This document shows positions 14,601 through 28,723 of a DNA stretch of 64,000 nucleotides, piece by piece (position 1 is the stretch's first letter; every line of letters starts with the position of its first letter). The translations under genes and the position numbers were made by a program. Under the pieces are notes generated by a model. It was not told where the DNA came from, searched no databases, and was given only the letters and a program-made list of their open reading frames with translations. Source of the stretch: Rhynchopus sp. YZ270_cl-10 (lineage: Eukaryota); assembly GCA_964035575.1 (NCBI GenBank), contig OZ037833.1, forward strand, positions 1,240,001 to 1,304,000, given 5' to 3'.

Positions 14601-17600
14601 CAACTGCGGGGGCGGCCAAGTGCTCGACGAACGAGTGCGACTTCCACGAGAAGACGTGTTCCGACGTGGGACAGGTGTGCTACGACCCGGACCTGTCGGC
14701 GCAGTCGCTTGGAGACTGGACCTGCACATGTGTGGCACCGTACGTGGGGTCGCAGGTGGCAGCGGCGGCAAAGTGCCAGGTGGACGAGTGTGAGCTGTAC
14801 GGACACGTGTGCACGGCTGCGGGACAGACCTGTGTTGACGAGGAGAAGGACATGGCGGGCTTCTGGAAGTGTGTCTGCCCGCCACCGAACGAGAAGTTCA
14901 AGCGTAACATGGGTGTGGCAGACTGCGTTGTCGACGAGTGCACGACATGGACGAACACAAGCACCCCGTCTGCGATGCCGTCGAACGACCGGAACGCAGT
15001 GAACCTGTGCGAGCAGGCTGGGCAGGTGTGCGAGGACCCGAACCACAACGCGTCGTCTGCTGGGGACTGGACGTGCACGTGCCCGTCTCCGGGGAACAGA
15101 ACTGCGCGTGCACACGTGGCGACGTGCGATGTGGACGAGTGTGCGGACCCTGCGAAGGAGTCTGTGTGTGAGGCCAAGGGGCAGCGCTGCGTGGACCCGA
15201 ACTGGGAGCCTGGTCACGAAGGCGACTGGACGTGTGTGTGCGTGCCGCCGTCGGTTGGGACGGGGATGCAGGCTGTGGCCGTGTGCCTGGTGGACGAGTG
15301 CAAGACCGAAGGTGCTGTGTGCCAGTCAAGCGGTCAGCTGTGTGTTGACACCAACCATGCGGAGGCTGGGACGTGGGCGTGCGAGTGTGTGGCACACGCG
15401 GGCGTGAACGCGTCGCAGCTGGGAGGACTGGCAGACTGCAACCCGCCGTCGAGCGAGTGCAGAATTGACGCAATCCGCGAGGTGTGCACGTCGTCGAACC
15501 AGGGCTGCTACGACCCGGACCTGAAGGCACACAACGACTGGGTGTGCGAGTGCGTGCCGCCTGCCACAGGACCGCAGAAGCAGGGTGAGGCGACAGTGTG
15601 TGTGCTCGACGAGTGTGAGGAGGAGTGCCCGACATGCGGGAAGTCGGTGTGCGCGGCCGCGGGTCAGACGTGCACAGACGCGAACACGGACGCAGCCTCG
15701 CTGAGCGACTGGACTTGCACATGCCCGACCCCCTCGACAGGATCGAAGAAGGGAGGCGTGGCGGTGTGCCAGCTGGACGAGTGTGCTGCGGTGTGCGACG
15801 GCTGCCCGTCGGACATCTGCACTGCGGCAGGTACGCAGTGTGAGGACACGAACAAGGACGCACGTTCGCCCGGAGACTGGGAGTGCGTGTGCCGTGCACC
15901 TGCCCTGGGACGTGTGACACAGGGCGTGCCGGTGTGCCTGATTGACGAGTGCGAGCAGAACGCACACAAGTGCGCGGATGGGCAGACGTGCGCTGACGCG
16001 AACAAGCTTGCGGCGTCCGAGGGAGACTGGACGTGCACGTGCCCGCCGCCGACGTCTGGAATTGCGGTGGCGAGTGCGGCAGTGTGCTTCGAGAACGAGT
16101 GTCTCGTGGACGACAATGTGAAGACGTGCACTGCAGGGGGACAGGTGTGCATTGACCCTAAGCCGCAGCCGACGAACAAGGGTGACTGGGAGTGCCACTG
16201 CGCGCAGGGGAAGACCTTTGCTGTGGCGGCGGCAGCAGTCTGTGTGCTGGACGAGTGTGTGGAGCAGTGCACGTCGTGCGCGGACAGCGGGGGTGGTAAC
16301 GTGTGTGCGAAGGCCGGGCAGCTCTGCACGGACCCGAACACGTCGCCGGAGAGCACACGTGACTGGAAGTGCCAGTGTGCGGCAGGGGAGAAGGCTGCGC
16401 TTGGTGGCCCTGCGACGTGCGAGGTGGACGAGTGCTGGCAGCCAAGCAACTTTGGTGCACACACGTGCCATGACACACCGCGGACGACGGTCGACGGGTG
16501 TGCGTGCCAGTGTGGCTGGCAGGTGCAGGATGCGGCGCAGTACCCCGGGGCACACGGTGCTGGTATTGAGGTGGGCTGTCTGGCTGGGTGCTGCAACCCG
16601 AACGTCGTGGCGTCGGGGGCGTGGTGCCTGCTGGAGCCTGTGCAGACGACGGCCGTGTGCCAGGACCTCGTGACTGCGGGGGAGATGGTGCAGACGTGCG
16701 CGGTGCTGGCGTCGGGAGTGGCACCGGCGAAGCCGGAGAACCTGTGCACGAAGGCGGGCCAGGTGTGCGTCGACCCGGACACGAGTGCGACGAGCTCTGG
16801 TGACTGGCGGTGCGAGTGCGTTTCGCCGGCGAGCGGAGACCCGAGTGTCGGGAAGGCTGGGTCGTGCAAGATCGACGAGTGCGAGAAGAACGGGCAGGTG
16901 TGCTCTGCGGCGGGACAGCTGTGCAAGGACGCGGACAAGGCGACGGAGAACACGTGGGAGTGTGTGTGCCCGTCGCCTGCGACAGGGTCTGCGACCGGGA
17001 AGGTTGCGGCGTGCGTGTACGTGGGTGAGTGCGAGACGGCAAGCATTGCGGAGGTGTGCGAGCAGGTGGGGCAGACGTGCTACGACCCGGACGCAGCTGT
17101 GACTGGGGACTGGGTGTGCAAGTGCGTGGACCCGGCGACGGGTGTGCCTGCTCTCATGACGACGGCGACGTGTGTGCTGGACGAGTGCACGGCGGAGTGC
17201 CCGACGTGTGCGGACAAGGGGTTCGGAAACCTGTGCGATGTGGCTGGACAGCACTGCGTGGAGTCGTCGACGTCGCCGGCAGACGTTGAGGACTGGATGT
17301 GCAAGTGTGTTGGAGACGCCGTTGGGGAGTCTGTGGCATCTGTGGCCGTGTGCACGCTGGACGAGTGCAAGATGAACAACGGACGCCTGGCACAGCTGTG
17401 CGGTGCGGCCGGGCAGACCTGCAACGACCCGAACAAGGCGGTGCTTGGGGGTCTGAACGACTGGGAGTGCGTGTGCCCTCCACCAAGCATCGGGCGTGTG
17501 ACGGGGAAGCTTGCAACGTGTCTGCGTGATGAGTGCCTGGAGACAGACGTGGCTGCGGTGTGCACGTCGGCAGGACAGACGTGCCAGGACCCGAACACGG

Positions 17601-20600
17601 ACGCACGCAGCACCGGAGACTGGACGTGCGCGTGCTCGGCGAAGCCGGGTGAGACACCGAAGGTGGCGAAGGGGAAGGCCGCAAAGTGCGTGCTGCCGCC
17701 GAGCTCGTGGTGCGTGCAGCACGGCGAGACGTGCACGTTCCTGGGACAGGCGTGCGTGCCCGCGGCAAGCATTCTGGAAGACGGCTCGTGCGCATGCATT
17801 GAGCCGCAGACAGGGCCGACGAAGGTGGGGGCGGCAACAGTGTGCATCCTTGACGAGTGCACGGCGGTTTGTGCGACGTGTGCCGACCACGGTGCCGGTA
17901 ACGTGTGCGACAAGGCGGGACAGACGTGCCAGGAGGGAAGCATGAACCCTGTGACCGGGAAGGGAGACTGGCGCTGCAAGTGTGCCGGGTCGGACATGTC
18001 GGCGGTGGCGGCAGTGGCGGTGTGCACCGTGAACGAGTGTGACACAGACGAGAAGGCAAAGGTGTGCGCAGCTGCGGAGCAGACGTGCACAGACAAGAAC
18101 ACGGCCGGAGACTCGCTGAACGACTGGATGTGCGCATGCCACGAGCCCTGGACGGGGAGCAAGATGCTCGGGGCTGCGGACTGCAAGTTTGACGAGTGCC
18201 TGTTCGCCGGAAGCGAGTGCACGGCGCTGGGGCAGACCTGCTTCGACAAGGACACGTCTGCACAGGTGCGTGGTGACTGGGAGTGCCGCTGTGTGGCGCC
18301 TGCAGAGGGCTTCGCTATTGCGAAGGCAGCGACGTGTGTGTACACGGGGGAGTGCGAGAAGCAGGAGATCGCAGAGGTGTGCACGAAGGCAGGACAGACC
18401 TGTGTGGACCCGAACCCGGCTGTGGCGGACGACTGGGAGTGCCGCTGCGTGTCGCCCGAGGCAGGATCACACACCAGGGGGGCAGTGGCGGTGTGCATGC
18501 TGGACGAGTGCCGTGCGACGTGCTCGTCGTGTGCAACGAAGCCAGGGTCGCTGACACACGCATGCGCGTCTGCGGAGCAGGACTGCATGGACCCGGACAC
18601 AGCAGCGACAAGCATTGCGGACTGGAAGTGTTCGTGCCGTGCGCCTGCGTCTGGGGAGATGGTGGGTGCGGCGGCTGTGTGCAGCGTGGACGAGTGCTAC
18701 AATGCAGAGAACCGTGCGGCGTGCTCGCGTGTGAAGGACACAACAGGGGCGGAGGTGCAGCACTGTGTGGACAAGGACTACACAAAGACCGGGGACTGGG
18801 TGTGCGAGTGCATGTACCCGTACCACGGAACCGCGGGACAGCGTGAGGCGGCAGTGTGCGTGGTCGACGAGTGCACGGCGCCGGAGGCGTGGAGCAAGCG
18901 CCCGAACGGAAACGCGGTGTGTGGGGCGAAGGGACAGACCTGCCTCGACCCTCAGCAGGGTGTGGCATCGGAGTTTGAGAACTGGGTGTGCCAGTGTGCG
19001 GACGGTACTGGGGAGCCGAACAGGGGTGCGCCGTCGACGGATTGCAAGCAGGACACACTGTGTGCGCAGTTCGGGTCTGCATGCGGGCCGCTCGAGATGT
19101 GCGTGGAGAAGGAGGACGTGTGGTCGTGCAGGTGCATTCCGCCCTTCGTGGGTGAGGCTGCTGGGAAGGCGGCATCCTGTGTGCTGGACGAGTGCACGGC
19201 GGAGTGCACGACGTGTGCGCAGCAGGGTGCAGTGCACATGTGCACGCAGGCCGGGCAGAAGTGCGTGGACCACGACAAGTCACCGGACAGCCGTTCCGAC
19301 TGGTCGTGCGTGTGCGAGGTCGGGAAGGGAGAGGCTGCTCTCCACAAGGCGGAGTGCATGGTTGACGAGTGCACGCTGAACGGAGTGACGTGCGAGGGTA
19401 AGGGCCAGGAGTGCGTTGACCCGGACATGCATGCCGAGACAAGCGGAGACTGGGTGTGCCAGTGCATTGCGCCTGCGGCTGGTAAGGCCGTGGCCGGACC
19501 TGCTACATGCCTGCTTGACGAGTGCAACCTGTACGGCGGGAAGTGCACAGTGGTGGGACAGGTGTGCATTGACCAGAACACTGCTGCGGCGAGTCTGAAC
19601 GACTGGACGTGCAACTGCCCGGCACCTTCGTCGGGATACATGTACGCTGGACCTGCATCGTGCACGTACACGGGGGCGTGCCAGGACGCTGCGAACTTGG
19701 ACGTGTGCGCGGATGCGGGTCAGCGCTGCTTCCCAGGGAACTCGTCGGCAGACGACTTCAGGTGTGGGTGCATGCCGCCGTACCGTGGCACTGCTGGGGT
19801 GCGTGCCCCTGCACAGTGCATGATCGACGAGTGCGAGGACATCTGTGCAACGTGCGCGCGCACAAACGAGAAGGCTGTCAACGTTTGCGCGGGTGCGGGC
19901 CAGCGTTGCGAGGACCCGAACCTGTCTGTGCAGAGCCTGGGTGACTGGGTGTGCATGTGCCAGGCCCCGTCGACAACAGCGGCCGTTGCGCATGCTGTTG
20001 ACAGCTGCCTTGTGGATGAGTGCCTTGCCATCACCATGACAGGTGCACGCAAGTGCGACAACTTCAAGCGCTACACGAACGACGGCTGCGAGTGTGCGTG
20101 CGGCTGGAAGGTCAGCGGCATCAACGGCGGCGGTCCCGGCCTTGACGAGAACTGCAACACAGGATGCTGCAACCCGGACAAGGCAAAGGAGGGAGACTGG
20201 TGCATTGTTGCCGACAGTGCCTTCAACAAGAAGAGCGGTGTCTGCAGTGCGCTTATCAGCAAGCAGCAGACGTGTGCGAACGAGCGTGCACCTGCCCCTG
20301 CAGGCGCACCTGTGAGCGAGTTTGTCGACATCTGTGCTGCCTCTGGCCAGCGTTGCTACGACCCTAACCACAACCCAAGTGTGCAGGGTGACTGGGAGTG
20401 CCACTGCACAACCTCTGAGGACTACCACATTCTTACCCCGGCAAAGTGCAGTATGTGTTTTTCCCTCCCTCTCTTCTTCTTCTTCTTCTGGTGGTTTTGT
20501 TGTTTTCCTTTTTCCTTTTTATGATGAGTTGTTGGAAAAGTAACTGTGTTTCTGAGTTAACCCACACGCACACGCCACACTTGGCGCATACCCCGCACTT

Positions 20601-23015
20601 GGGGCAGGGATTACCGAAAAACTGATATACAGAAATATACAGAAACACCACACAACACCCACAAACCTTTTCACCACCACACAGGCGTTGACGAGTGCGA
20701 TCAGGTCACAGTGTGCTCGCAGGTTGGGCAGAAGTGCTTTGACAAGAACACCGATGCGGAGTCGAAGGACGACTGGGAATGCCAGTGCCTGTCAGGAAGC
20801 GGGTCGAAGGACATGGCTGCTGCGGAGTGTGGTATGACCTCCCTCTGCTCTCCTCCGCCCTTACCCCACCTCTTACCCACCCCTTGCCCCTACCCACCCA
20901 CCCCGCCGCCTTGACACAACCCATCGTGCAAATGCTGCAAACGTGCACTCCCCTTCCTTTGGTTGTGATGCCATTTGTTTGTGTGTATTTCCTGTTGTGA
21001 TTGTCTGAAGGCGCACAACTATGCTGTGCAATGACGATTGTGATTTAGCTGACTGCTAAACACAGGGCCTGGGCTCATCTTGCTAACCCATCTCCAAAAC
21101 ATTAACACTTATATACCTGCACGTGTGGCGCACGATGACTTGCCACTGAGCATGCTTCCCATTAACTTCCTTCTTAACTGCCTTCTTTGCACACACGCAC
21201 ACCCATATCCACACAGTGTTCGACGGACACGACGAGTGCCAGATTGAGGCAAACCAGAAGACCTGCCTGAACGCTGGACAGTACTGCTACGACGAGGACC
21301 CGGAGCTGGCGGGCGACTGGGTGTGCCACTGCACAGACCCCTACGTGCAGGAGGCACCGGGTATCACAGAGGCTGCGACCTGTGTGATTGACGAGTGCCT
21401 GGCGACATGCCCGACGTGCGCAAGGAAGGGAGACGGACACGGCTACGCCTGTGAGGGACAGCAGTGTGTTGACCCGTCAGGATCGGAGCTTGGGGACTGG
21501 CGCTGCGACTGCCTTGCCCCTGCCCTTGGCGCTGGTCTGCAGGAGCGTGCGGTGTGCGTGCAGGACGAGTGTCTCGACACACAGAACCTGCAGAAGTGCA
21601 CAGACAAGAACCAGGAGTGCGTGGACCTGCACCCAAGCGACACAAGCCTGAACGACTGGGAGTGCCACTGCGTGCGCCCGGCCCTGGGTTCGGCCATTGG
21701 CCACGCAGCAGTGTGCAAGATCAACGAGTGTCTGACGGATGAAAACATGCAGCTGTGCCACGAGAAGGGACAGATGTGCTTCGACCCTGACACAACAGCA
21801 GAGTCGACAGACGACTGGATCTGCAGATGCCCGGCCCCTGCTATTGGAAGTGCGACGATGAAGCCTGCGGAGTGCGTCTTTGTTGGGGAGTGCGACAGGC
21901 CGGAGATTGCAGCTGTGTGCATTGCAGTGGAGCAGACGTGCGTCGACACGGACGTGGCACAGGACGGGACCTGGGTGTGCAGCTGTGTGGCACCGAAGAC
22001 AGGGACGAACGGGCTCATGGGCCCTGCGGAGTGTGGGATTGACGAGTGCCAGGCTGAGTGCAAGACGTGCGAGATGGACGTGTGCAAGGAGGCCGGACAG
22101 GACTGCTACGACCCGGACGTCACGATTGAGGGTGACTGGATGTGCGCATGCAAGGGCGGCACCGGGAACAAGACCACGACGGCACCGGCAGTGTGCACAG
22201 GTGTTGTGTGCGCGACGCTGGGTGCTGAGGAGTGCACAGCTGCACCCGAGTGTGTGTACGAGAGCTACTACGGCCTTTGCGACTACGTCAGGGGGGCACC
22301 GGAATGGAACACATCTGCCCCGGCACGTCCGATTGGCGAGGGTGAGGACGACGACGACTGCACCTTCTGGGAGTGCTGGTGGTGGCTGCTTCTGCTCCTC
22401 CTCCTGTGCTGCTGCCTCCTGCTTGCCTTCCTCCTGTTCCGCTGCAGACAGAAGCAGCAGCAGAACGAGATGGACGACGACAAGTGGAACAAGCAGTTCC
22501 AGGCTGAGGTTGGCGACGATGAGAACGACTACGGCATGGTATGGCGCCTCCCATCAGGGACAGGTTTACGTTCATTGTCACGTTATGATGTTTTGTCACC
22601 ACCTCGACGTCACGTCACCTCCACAACTTGGCACGACAAAGGATAGTTGACATCCCCCTGGCTTGTGTTCCTTTACTTTGCCCTGGTTGGCACAGTTCAT
22701 AGGCTAGCTCTGTACATGAATGAACCAGGGCTGTGTTTCTGCTATGTGGTTCCACCACTGGACCGTTTACTCATCGGCTGGTTTGTTATCCAGGGTAGTG
22801 AGCAATACTGATTTTGTACCCCCTCCCCCCCCCCCCCCCTTTTTTTTGTCTTTGTTGAGTTCGATAGTTGCATTTATCTTCCACCACCACACCCACCACC
22901 ACAGTCGGAACGCTCGCCCCAGGGCAGTGCAGCAGGAGGCACTGAGGAGCCGCTTCTTGAGATGTCTGCCAAGGACAGCAGCCCGGGATCCCGTGCTGAC
23001 GACGACGACATCTAA
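2651..23015 (+). CDS. Giant (~6,459 aa) type I membrane adhesin-like protein: signal peptide, 4 VWA domains with Cys-rich spacers, Pro/Thr stalk, dozens of EGF-like repeats, 3 kringle/FnII-like inserts, TM helix, acidic tail. Exons 2651-20450, 20685-20831, 21217-22538, 22905-23015
   Basis: The 5957-codon ORF and the downstream ORFs join in frame through GTATG...CACAG introns (phases 1, 1, 0; 19,380 nt in total). Four MIDAS motifs DIAF(V/L)(L/I)DGSGSM. Repeated DECx..CxxxGQxCxDP...DWxCxC units. N-terminal hydrophobic signal. TM segment [21 protein letters not shown]. Confidence 0.9.
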
Positions 23016-23958
23016 GTGGACCATCTACACTTGTGCATGATCAAGAGAGATGCAATTTGAAGCATGTGACGGAGGAGCCTGTCACGTGCTGTTACTCCCT
23101 TACCCCATCTCCCCGTTTGGTTTGTTTTTCGTTTTGTGTTTCTTGTGTGTGAGACGCTGTTCCGCCCCACCCCCCAATCCCGCACCCGTTGTTTGCTTCC
23201 TGTGTTTTTTTTTTGTTTTTTTTTTGGACAACACTTCGCTCGAGCAGATCGTTCCCATCGAATTGTGTTGTCTTACCACCCCCCCCTCATACTTTCCCGC
23301 CTTTCTTAGGCAGGTTTGTCCACAACTTTTGGTTTCCTTCGCACAGATAAGAAGAGTGCGTTGCAGGAAAACACAAAAAAGAAAAAAAACTGTTTTATTC
23401 GATCCTTACACGGTGACTGTTACTCCCTCCCCCCTTCCCTGTCCCTGTATTTGCGCTCTGTCCATGTGCCATCAAAATACACCAATAATGAGTCCAGAGT
23501 GGCCCCGAGAATTTAAAAAAAAAAAACCCAGCGGGGGCTGCCGAAGCAGGTCAGGCACCTATGACGGGTTTCTGCTCTGTGTCCCTTAAGGCTTTTTTTT
23601 TTAATATTATGGCCACCTCCTGTCACTGTTCCCCCCTTCCTCCTTCCTCCTTCCCCCCTTCTCCTCGCACACACTTTCACCTCCTCCCGCAGTGTGCATA
23701 CAATTGTGTATTTGTGCAGGATGTGGTTTTTTTTTGTGTGGGCAGAAGAACCTTTACCTGAGGTGTTTAGGCTGTTAGTGTGAAGGATTGTCGTGGTCTT
23801 CGGGTGACTATGCACAGCAAGAGGATTCGACGTGGATCAACCCTTTGTGTGTATTTTTGTTGCCAGCCGGAGCCAAGCAATCCTGTGTCTCAGCCCCTGC
23901 CTATTTCCCCTCCCCCAGCTCCCATCCCCCAAATTAGCCTTAATCGCAGGGAACTGCT

Positions 23959-23992
<34 letters not shown>

Positions 23993-24728
23993 GAGGGAAA
24001 ACCACCCCACGTCCACTGTTCAGGGTGCATAGTTTGTGCGGTTCCCCCACCTTTTTTTGCAGCCTCCCTGTGCTTGAAGGAAAAAATTATATTGTTTATG
24101 ACCTGTAACACGGCATATTCACTAGTCTTATCATGCTCGCTTTTTGCCTTGTGTGGATTTATTGTCTTTCTTTTGATTTTTTGTGTGTTGGAGTGTTTTT
24201 TTTTTGACAATAAAATATGTAGGGGGCAAAAATAGAGCACAGATCAAAGCAAAAAATAGGGGGAGATGGAGAGAAGAGGGATAAGTGTACCAAAAAAAAA
24301 AACAAAAAAAAAACAAAAATAAAAATAAAAAAAAACTTCCCTTTTTCTTCTGCGAACCGCGTTGGTAAAAAGGCCGAAAAAAAAGGTGCACTTTTCCCCC
24401 TCTTTTTTCTTGTCTCTCTCTTTTCTCAACACCATTTTTTGGAAAATTGAATTATAATTATCCCCCCCCCCGCACCGAGAATTCCAATTTCAATTTTTAT
24501 TCGCAAACAATTTCCCCTTTTTTTCCCCCCCTTTAGTCAAAACGCCTTTTCAATAAGGCAAAAAAAAAAAAAAGTAAAAAGCAAAATTTTTTAAAAGTCA
24601 TCGTCGTTGTGGAGTGGCACATCCGTTATTTTTATATTTTTTTACTGAAGCGTCTGTTTAAAAAAAAACCCCCACAAACAGAGGACAATATTGTATGTGT
24701 GTAGCATTTCTTAAGAAAGACCTCCATC

Positions 24729-24957
24729 CACGACGGTGAAGTAACGGGTGTTACAAGTGGAGTTACAAGTGAGTTACATGTAACTTTTGTTACATGTAAC
24801 TCACTTGTAACCCACTTGTAACCCACCAGTTACAACCTGATTTTGCCTGTAATTCATGTATCCCACTTGTAACTCACTTGTAACTCACTTGTAACGGTTT
24901 TTCACTTGTAACGTTACTAGTAACTTCACTTGTAATGTACTATACTTCACCGTCGTG
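24729..24957. mobile_element. 229-bp MITE, CACTA/EnSpm(CMC)-like
   Basis: 15-bp TIRs CACGACGGTGAAGTA, 2-bp TSD TC, internal GTTACAAGTG/CACTTGTAAC subterminal repeats. A second copy lies inverted at 42659-42887. Confidence 0.85.
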
Positions 24958-27174
24958 TCTGTTACCCCCCCCCCCCCCCCCCCCACTTACCCCTCTTTTT
25001 TAAAAGAGAGTGTCTAAATATGCACCGGATCGGTACCCAACTTTGGCCCATCTAATTTTTTAAAAAAAATTGCTGATTCCATAGGAAGAAAAAAAACCGT
25101 TTTGAAACGATTTGTTTTTCCCTTCAGTAAACATCAAAATTTAAAAAAAAGGCATAAAACAGCAAAAGACCCCCCCTACCCACCACCCCAACAACAATGA
25201 CAAAAAAATCCCTTGTACGTGAAATTGTGTTTTTTTTCTTCTTTTTCTTCTTTTAAAGAGAATGGGTATGATTGTGGTAGGTAGGGCACATTGTCCCATC
25301 AAAGTCTTTGTGTACTTTTTGTGATTTTTTTTTTTTTTTTTTTGTTTTTTTTTTTTTGTGTGCGCAATCTGCTTCATATTTTGTTTTTTTCTTTGATGCA
25401 GTACAATCACAATTTCCCCCCGTAATGAAAACCAAGCACGAGAGGCTTCTGTTGTTCTTCATTACCCCCCTTTTTTTTTCCTTTCGTCACACGGAAGCCA
25501 GGCCTCGCCTTTTTCTCCAATGCATTTTTTTTTTTTTTTTTTTTTCTGTTTTTTCTTCTTTTTCCATTCTGTATTGCGGGAAGGATAGAGTAGGGCTGGG
25601 GCAGTGGAATAGACATCGTTACTAATACAAAAGCCCCGCGATCGTTATGTTCAGGCGGACCCAAGCGTCAGCCGGATGAGATATGGTGTGGTGTATTTGT
25701 TTGTTTGTTTTCATTTTTTTTTTTTTTTTTTTTTCCTTCTTTTTCTTTTTCCTCTCTCCCGTCTCTTGCGTATAGCAAAAAAAAAAAAACAAACCAGAAG
25801 ATGTATTTCACCGCAGTTTTTTTTTTTAAACCCACGAGACCAAAAAAAAATGAGTGGATAGGGTATGGTCTTCCCCTCGAAACCCAGTTTTCCCCCTCTT
25901 TTTTGTTTTGGATACGGAGTGCCTTTTGTTTTAAATAAAAAGTAATTTATTGCTTTTATCTATTCAAAAAAAAAAATATTTATTTATCAAAAACCCCCCC
26001 CCTCTTTTTTGTTTTATTTGTTGCTCTTTTATTTCTCTGCATGGCCATATGACAACTGAAGCCGTTGTACTGTGCTTACGCAGGATTTAAGACTATTTTT
26101 TTTTGGAGGTGACTCAGGGGGGTGTACCTAAGCAACGAGAGGCTTATGTTCATCATCTGACCATTTTTTTTTCCCTCTTTTTTTTAAAAAGGTGTCTATT
26201 TTTTTTTTCTCTCGTATTCGTGTGCGCATTGTGTAGTCTGTGACAGTGTAGCCCTTTCCTCCACACTCACGTACCCAATTTTTTTTTAAAAGATAAATGA
26301 GTGACCCTGTGTACGTGATGGCTTTTTTTTAAAGTTATTCTTGTTGGTTTAGTGTATCTGTTATTAGAGGTATATGTCTGTGAGGAAGAGGAGACACATT
26401 CATCTGAATTTTTCCTTTTTTTTTTTTTTTTCTCGTTTTCTTCTTTCGTTTTTTTTTTTCTCTTTTTTTTTCTTCCTGTCATCCCTATTCCCTTTCTTAT
26501 CTCTGCAATGGCCATCACAAATGTTTTGTGTTTGACGAGATCTGGGCTTTGCAAGGAAAAAAGATGGTCAGGATATCCTTTTAGAAGGAGAAAAAAAAAG
26601 GGGGAGGGAAAGAAAAAAAAAAAAAAAAAGGAAAAAAAAAAAAAAAAAATGGGTACCAATGTTTTGTATTCACCTACCCTTTATGTCCTTGTTTCTTTTG
26701 CTGAGGAAAATATAGGAAAAAAAAAAGACCAAATTTAAAGATAAAATAGGTCTTTTTTTTCCATTCCGTTCTCCCCCAAAAAAACCCCCCATTTTTTTTT
26801 TTGTTTGATTTATTTTGTTTATTTTCAAAAAAAAAGAAAAAGGAAATTTTTTTGCAACAGAACATAGCAAATAAGTTTTTTTTTTTGAAAAAGGTATTTC
26901 AGAATGGGATATTTTGCTTTCCCGTGGTGTTACATCATGTACCTTTTTCCCCCTCACCCAAAAAAAAAATCAAAAAAATAAAAGGCAATTGGAGTTCTTC
27001 TCAATTTCATGTGATCTAATAAAATATGCTCCCGGCTTCTTTTTTTTTTTCCCCACACAAAACACCATAACTAGGAGAGAGTTTTGAGGATACATTTTGT
27101 TCCTTTTTTTTTTTTTGGAATCTTCCCGCGATCTTAAAACATTGCGTGCCAAAAAAAAAAATTTTTTTTTTAGT

Positions 27175-27226
27175 TATAGTGGAGTTCATCCTCGGGGTGT
27201 CTACACTAATACAACCAAGTTTTCAA
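27175..27226 (+). repeat. ~52-bp dispersed mini-element, family 1
   Basis: TATAGTGGAGTTCATCCTCGGGGTGTCTACACTAATACAACCAAGTTTTCAA followed by an A-tract. Confidence 0.9.
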
Positions 27227-28723
27227 AAAAAAAAAAAAAAAAGAAAAGAAAAAGAAAGAAACTGTATCTGTGTTGTGTGGAAGGAGTCGATTTTATTTGG
27301 TCACATTTTTTATTTTATTTTTTTATTTTATAAATAGAACCACACTTGCCTATTTCCGTTCTCCACCGTTTTTGTTTTTCCTTCTCTGCCGCCTCCCTCC
27401 CTCCCTCTGTGCACATAAGTCTTTGGGATGACCTCAAAAACGACGAGGATATCTCACACAAAAGGCTGACCTAGATATTCATCAGGTTGCCAATGACTAT
27501 CATATGGTATAGCTGGTTTGGGGTAAAAACCCCAAGCAGGCAAGTCCGACATAAGGCCAACATCACATTTGTTTTCTGAAGTACTCTGAAATGTTGTATT
27601 TTTCAGGCGATTGTCGACACACAAAAAAAAACAAAAAAAAATCACACAGAAACCAACCCTCTTATGTGCATTGAGGGTTGGGGCGGAGGTATCAGAATTT
27701 TCATTTTTTTTTTTTGAAACTATTAGGGTAACTGCTGTCATCGCAATATAAAAGAACAAAAAAGGAAATTTTGGACGTGAGTGCATTTCCAAAAAAAAAA
27801 AAAAAACACCCCTTTTTTCTTTTCTACCCAACATTTATTTCACATTGTCTGCAATCCTCGAGTGAGGTTGCATTAACGATTCCACCCTTTTTTTTTTTGT
27901 CACATTTTTTTTTTTTTTTTTGTTCAGGTGAACCAAGCGCAGTACTTTGCGCTTATCTTATCCAAACTCATTTTTTTTTTTTTTTTGTTTTATTTATCCC
28001 GTTCTTCCTGTTCTCCCCCCCTCCCCTCCCCCTTTTCCCAGCGTTCTCACACACACCACTTCCATTTCGTTTCCTTTCCTTTAAGGACCTTTTTACGTTG
28101 TCCAAGCGTTTCAAGTCCTTCGAGAGAGGTGTTTCCTTCTTAGCTTCAACCCCCTGTCTCCCCCCCGAAAACCCATCCCAAACAATCCCCATTCCTGCCA
28201 CTAAAACAAAAAAAAACAAAAAGCAAAATCCATGCCCAACCCTACCCCAAAGGAACATATCAGGGGATATAAAAAAAAGAAAAAATCCTTCCTCATCTTC
28301 TTTTTTTTGTGCTTCATTGACTTTCCCACACTGCAAAAAAATGGGCAGATGGCACCATGACCCTCCATCAGGCCTAATTACCGTATTCGCACCACCCTCT
28401 GTATCTTCCCTACTACTAAAATGCTTTTTTCGGCAAAAAAAAACAAAAGCCAAAGCAATACAGAGAGAACCAACCAATTTTTCATTTTAACAAACGATTA
28501 ATCAAACCCTCCTAGCCTATACGCGCCTGATACACGGGGTAAAAATCAGGTGGACTACCCTCTGTATCTTCAAATGCACACCGTCTATCTTGATACACTC
28601 TCTTCTTCCTCCCCTTTTTGACTCTACACCAACAGCAACACAAGGAGGCCCCCCTTCTCCCTCTCGCTCCCCTCCCCTCCTCCCCCGCCCAGCAACTGGA
28701 CTGCGTGTCAAAAGGGTGCAGCC

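Noticed and set aside
23016..28723. Many short Phe/Lys-rich ORFs
   Set aside because: Products of A/T homopolymer runs in intergenic or UTR DNA.
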